64,000 nt of DNA from IMG/VR virus record IMGVR_UViG_3300005289_000004, positions 1 to 64,000 of that record; one strand, given 5' to 3'. Below, one piece after another: positions 59,387-64,000 of the stretch. The translations under genes and the position numbers were made by a program. The DNA is from a virus. The notes below the pieces were generated by a model. The model was not told the DNA's origin and did no database searches. It saw nothing but the letters and a program-made list of their open reading frames with translations. Position 1 is the stretch's first letter, and every line of letters starts with the position of its first letter.

Positions 59387-60190
59387 ATGGGTATCATTCA
59401 TTTAGTTGTAATACAGGCAGTTATAAAACCTCTCTATCTTATCTAATTAGGTATTATTTATTAATGCTAGGTTGTTGGTTCACTTTTCTGAACCTGTTGA
59501 AATCCTTACTGTACACTAAGCTACTAACAGTTTCTTTTATTCATGCGGTGTAGCATACGTACTCACGATAGTTTAAATGCGGTTTATGAAAAGCTGTGAA
59601 GAGGTCAGTTTTAGCTAGTAATTTACACTAAGTAGGGTATTTTAGCTGTTTTATAGTGGGATTTGGGGAAATTTGATGTGTAATGTGTGCATGAGAGACG
59701 AATAGTGCCTTTGTCCTTATCTCCCTTATCACTATTTGAAGCTATCCTAATCTATTGTATTACCTATTTAAACCCCCACATCGTCACTTTGTCCATGCAT
59801 TTGTCTATGCTCCCACTTTAAACCGTCCTCTTTACCTATCTGTATTCATGCTGGCTGTCTTACTTACGTATGTTAGGCTTATCCCCTTTTATTCTCTGGT
59901 TAGCTTAGCACGTGTAATTATAGAAGATTCGTTCTAATTTCGGGATTATAGTCTGTTTGTTCTATATTATGTTGAGGTGTACTATTCAGCTAGTACAGTT
60001 AGTAGTCATTCTGTTTAAACATGTAATCATTTGGTTACCTATTCCTTAACTGTTATGTTGTATACATAGGTTATTACTATTATCAGTTGGTTAGCTTATA
60101 AGGTGCAATGTTATTCGGTTAGCTATTCACTTAAAATTATTATCTCTCATTTTCAGACAGTTACATTTTATTTGAAAATATTTATTGCTA

Positions 60191-60226
60191 TTTGTTTGGT
60201 TTGCCTAATAATCCTTTGTATGTTTG
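60191..60226 (+). promoter_or_regulatory. Putative early sigma-A-type promoter
   Basis: TTTG copies upstream of TATGTTTG (60219-60226). Confidence 0.65.
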
Positions 60227-60461
60227 TTATGTCGTTAGTGATTAACGCAATCAGATAGGCAACTGTAAAGGTCATTCCGCAAAGCTAGGGTAATAATATA
60301 GCATAAGGTAAAGCATACCGACTGTACAAATGCATCTTCGTGTAATGTAGCTTAGTTAACTAATATGGTTAGCTGATCAGTTCAAAGCCTGAGAAAGTAA
60401 TTACAGTTTTGTAATGAACAAATACAGATGACACAAACAGAAACTTTTAAACTTAAATATT

Positions 60462-63400
60462 ATGAGAGAATTAACAGTAACACAACAGTCTTTTAACAGT
60501 ATGTTATTAGGCTTGATACAATCAGGTGTAACATTTGAAGCTACTGAACAACCAAACGGTACAATATTAATCACATTCACAGGAGGGTATTAAAATGCAA
60601 GACAAATGGTTTTTATACGCACTCGTTGCTATGGGTGTTATAGCTTTAATAATATTATCCACACTTTAAATTATACAGTTATGAATACACTGGAATTTTT
60701 ATCTAAGGCAGAATCGATGTACTTAGACTACGTTAACAACTTCATTACACTTGAAGGATTTGCAAGTCACTACGCAATTAGTATCGGGTTAGCTATTGAA
60801 CTAATAAACTTTGGCAGAGTAGTATTTGAATCAAGTGAATACGAACGTAACACAGACCTTTAATTTTAAAACTATGAATACTCAAATTGAATTTACCCGC
60901 ATTAACAACGACACAAACGGCAATCCTAGGTATGTGTGTCACTTCTTAAATCTGTTAAATAGTAAAGAGCAGGTTGTAATAGCTGCTAAAGCTAAACCAT
61001 TTCAATCTATACCTGATATGTACAGGGAGGCAGTTAACAAAGCACGTGCAATAGGTGGTAAGAAATTCCACAACAAACAATACGGAGGTGGTATAGTATT
61101 TCAGTCTTACAGCATTCAACAAACAGAGAAAGATATTTTAAACCTTGTAAATAGCTAGAAAATGGAAGTAGTTTATATAGCAACCTACAAAAAAGATAAC
61201 GGATATATCAACACTGTACAGTTTGCAGACTTCAATGAAATGGTTGAATACCTAGAGACGTACAGAGACTGTAAAGTAATAATAACCACTATTTACATTT
61301 AACAATTACAAACATGAAAACTACAGCAATACAACAACAGTTAATTAACCATCTTGAAGCAGGATTTTTAGTTAGCAAAAAAGAACAAGATAATTTGTTC
61401 AAAATACTAAACGGCTCTAACACTGAACTAATAGACAAATTAAAAGAACTGTTAAATGAAAGTGAGGGTATTAGTTTATCTGATGAACATAGCAATCAGG
61501 GCAAAGACTGGCTTTTAAATCTTTGGAAGTCACTAACAGGTAAAGAGCGTAAAAACAATCCATTTGGGTACAGAGAGCAGGAAATATTGACAGATTTTAG
61601 TCACTGCGAATTGGCAGGTTATTATAACGGTGGTAATAGGTATATGAACTACTACATTCCTTTGTATGACGTTGTAAGTAATGACGGCAGTAGTTTTCAA
61701 TACTACATGCAAGGTGGTGAAATTAGTATAGTAGGGTAACATACCAAAACAAATAGAAAGTGTCTAAAATCGGCTAATAATAACCTTAAATCAAAGAATA
61801 TGAAAACTAAAGAACAAAAAATAGCAGAACTATATAGTAACATTGAATTGAACTATAAATTAATAGATGCTATTGTTGACTTGCAAGATGCGGGTTTTGG
61901 TAGTAGTGCATTATCACTAGCTCAAGACGAGGCAAATATGAGAGTTTCAATTAATCAAGAATGCTTAAAAGAACACGAATAACAATCCCTTCCCTGTCTA
62001 CAGATTTAAATAGCTTGTAACTATTCAGGGAACTAAACTTAAACAAAATAACATCATGTATTTAACAGAAAAACAAATCAATAGAGTTGCTATAGTGGGT
62101 AGCTTTATTATAATCTCTCTAGTAGTATACGCCTTAACAAAAGGTAATGTGTCTAATCTTTCAACTATAGGATATTAGGTTATGACAAACAGCCAATTTA
62201 CTATTACCTTAGCATTAGGTCTCTTGCTAGGTATTCTAATAACAGTATTAACTTATTCATTATTTAATGTATGAAAACATTAACATTAAACCCTAAAAAC
62301 TATAAGGTAGGTGATACCATTAAGTTTAGTACAATTACTAGGTCAGGAAAAGAGACTGTTAAACGGAAGATTGTTTCTATTGATAGCTTTGGTTTAGGTG
62401 TAAGATACAACGGTTGGAATCCCTATTACTTAAATAACCCGATGTTAGATAAAATTATTGAACATATAAAATTATAATTGTTATGAAAACAAACAACAAG
62501 AAAGAGGTGATAGCTACGGCCATAGCGTTTGTAGTTATCATGAACATGTGTATAGGGTTTACAATAGTAATAGCCCTAACTGATGTGTACACAGTAGAAT
62601 GCTGGTTAGCTTTGGTATTCAGTGTAGGTATTCTTATACTGGTAGGTCTTAAACTGGTAGCTGATATGGTAGAATATGAAATAAATAAACAACTTGAATT
62701 ATAATTGGTAAATTCAAAAGGAGAATTAACTATGAAAAAGAAAACAATTATACTACAGCTACTGACTGTAGATTTTGAGAATCCTAATTATGGCAGCAAT
62801 TGTGACTGTCCTGTAGGTAAAGCATGTGCTAGGCAATTAGGGCTTAACAGGGACGATATTATAGAGTGTGTTGATTGGGTTTATCTAGGTTACGATTTAG
62901 ACCGATACGACCACGAAGTTTACGGTTTAGATAAGTTTAATGCAGACGTTAAGCTAGCCGAACAAAAAGAACCAAACACAGTAATTAGAACACTTACCTT
63001 AACTAAAGCATAACATGTATTTACAAACAGAAATACCGACACGTGGTAGCTGGGTAGCTTGGTTAGCCACGATGATAGTTGGAGAGGTTAAAGTAGCTGA
63101 CCCAAAAGACAGGAATAGAATAGCCACAAGTATTAGCAGTGCTTTTCATAAAAAGAAGCTGGCTAGGTTTACTATTAAAATTAACAAAAACGACCGTTCA
63201 GAATTACATATTACGAGAATCGCATGAGACTGCCTGAAATGGTTGCATTAGCGCAACAAGGGGTAAAAATGACCCATAGATATTTTAGTGAAAATGAGTG
63301 GTTAGTTATGCAGGGCAACTTAGTTGTGTTTGAAGATGGAGTTAAGATATTCCTGTCTGAATGGATAACTAATAAAGAGTGGTTAAACGATGGTTGGTCT

Positions 63401-63666
63401 AAATTTGAAGAGTTATGAAAAGTGTAAATTTCAAAGTAGTTAACAGTGACGGTTTATTTGACAAAGGAGAAGTGTTAGCAATCATAGTGCAGCCTTCCGA
63501 ACAACTCGAAGCTTACCAGCTATTTAAAAAAGACAGTAAAGTGTTATCTAAGCAGTTTATCAGAACCAATACAAGGAATGCTAAACCAAAGGAGATCATA
63601 TCGTTAGCTTCTCACTTAACTAAATTAGGAATACAGTATAAACAAATTAACAGTTTGAAGGGATGA
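60462..63666 (+). other. Putative early region of about 15 small CDSs (e.g. 60462-60593, 60681-60863, 60874-61158, 61314-61739, 62271-62477, 63015-63227)
   Basis: Small co-directional ORFs with A-rich leaders; motifs YLDYVNNFIT and DTNGNPRY..YGGGIVFQSY recur in phage early proteins. Confidence 0.65.
63224..63418 (+). CDS. Small protein, possibly Tad2/DUF2829-like
   Basis: EMVALAQQGVKMTHRYF..EW..DGW architecture resembles the Tad2 N- and C-termini. Confidence 0.35.
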   Translation: MRLPEMVALAQQGVKMTHRYFSENEWLVMQGNLVVFEDGVKIFLSEWITNKEWLNDGWSKFEEL

Positions 63667-64000
63667 AAAACATTGATACTACAAAACCAAATTGGTTTAC
63701 AAAAGAGGTTAAAGAGTCTTGGTTAGCTGACCTTAAATCTGGCAAGTTTATACAAGGGTACGGAGCTTTAAGATATGAAAAAACCTACTGTTGTCTTGGG
63801 GTACTTTGTGTAACATTAGATAAAGAATACGAGTTAATCAGTGAATGTGGTATGAGTAATGGGGATAGCATCTATAACTTACTAGGCCGGGAAATAGGCG
63901 ACATGAGGGTAGATCATCTGTTTAGGGCTAATGACAGGGACTATAACAATAAACACCACAAACATGACTACTCAAACGTAATACCATTAATTGAACAGTT
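63663..64000 (+). CDS. Conserved phage protein (truncated by window edge)
   Basis: WLADLKSGKFIQGYGAL..YCCLGVLC. Confidence 0.6.
   Translation, partial: MKNIDTTKPNWFTKEVKESWLADLKSGKFIQGYGALRYEKTYCCLGVLCVTLDKEYELISECGMSNGDSIYNLLGREIGDMRVDHLFRANDRDYNNKHHKHDYSNVIPLIEQ

Noticed and set aside
59755-59937. 60-aa ORF in the large intergenic region
   Set aside because: TTG start, T-rich composition unlike neighbouring genes, no promoter or initiation context.
1-64000. Genome-wide TAG reassignment as in some crAss-like phages
   Set aside because: All long genes are uninterrupted in the standard code, and TAG ends portal, groES, tad1, spanin and polA at sensible positions. Only one internal TAG (1331) was seen.

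Overview
The whole window is part of one AT-rich lytic podovirus genome, inferred to infect a Bacteroidota host (TAnnTTTG promoters, A-rich translation starts, Gln-after-cleavage signal peptides). Gene order and protein sizes resemble crAss-like and Cellulophaga/Flavobacterium podoviruses. No virion RNA polymerase, integrase or tRNA is visible here. Minus strand, ~43000 to 1: small genes including a Tad1-like sponge and an SSB-like protein, two GroES-type genes, TerS/TerL, portal, scaffold, major capsid protein, ring proteins, a split tail muzzle, ejection proteins (one with an ART-PolyVal-like domain), u-spanin, tail spike/fibres, T7-like endonuclease I, GH108 endolysin, holin, metallophosphoesterase and a DnaB-like helicase. 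Plus strand, ~43700-58530: HD hydrolase, MazG-like protein, T7-like family A DNA polymerase, VirE-N/BT4734 primase-like protein and many small genes. Then come repL with an iteron-like array, ~1.2 kb of non-coding DNA and a putative early region. Four free-standing homing endonucleases are present. Most notable observations: (1) a degenerate copy of the terminase ATPase subdomain among the small plus-strand genes, possibly an anti-sensor decoy; (2) a ~500-nt structured ncRNA candidate and two kissing-loop leader RNAs with the same fold but different sequence; (3) two tail-fibre-like paralogues with Sec signal peptides; (4) an Ig-like repeat cut in half across two muzzle-locus genes; (5) a late-promoter class with a TAAAATAC box; (6) three tandem CPxCG microproteins, one with an in-frame TAG. 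All family assignments come from motif recognition by eye; no database searches were run.
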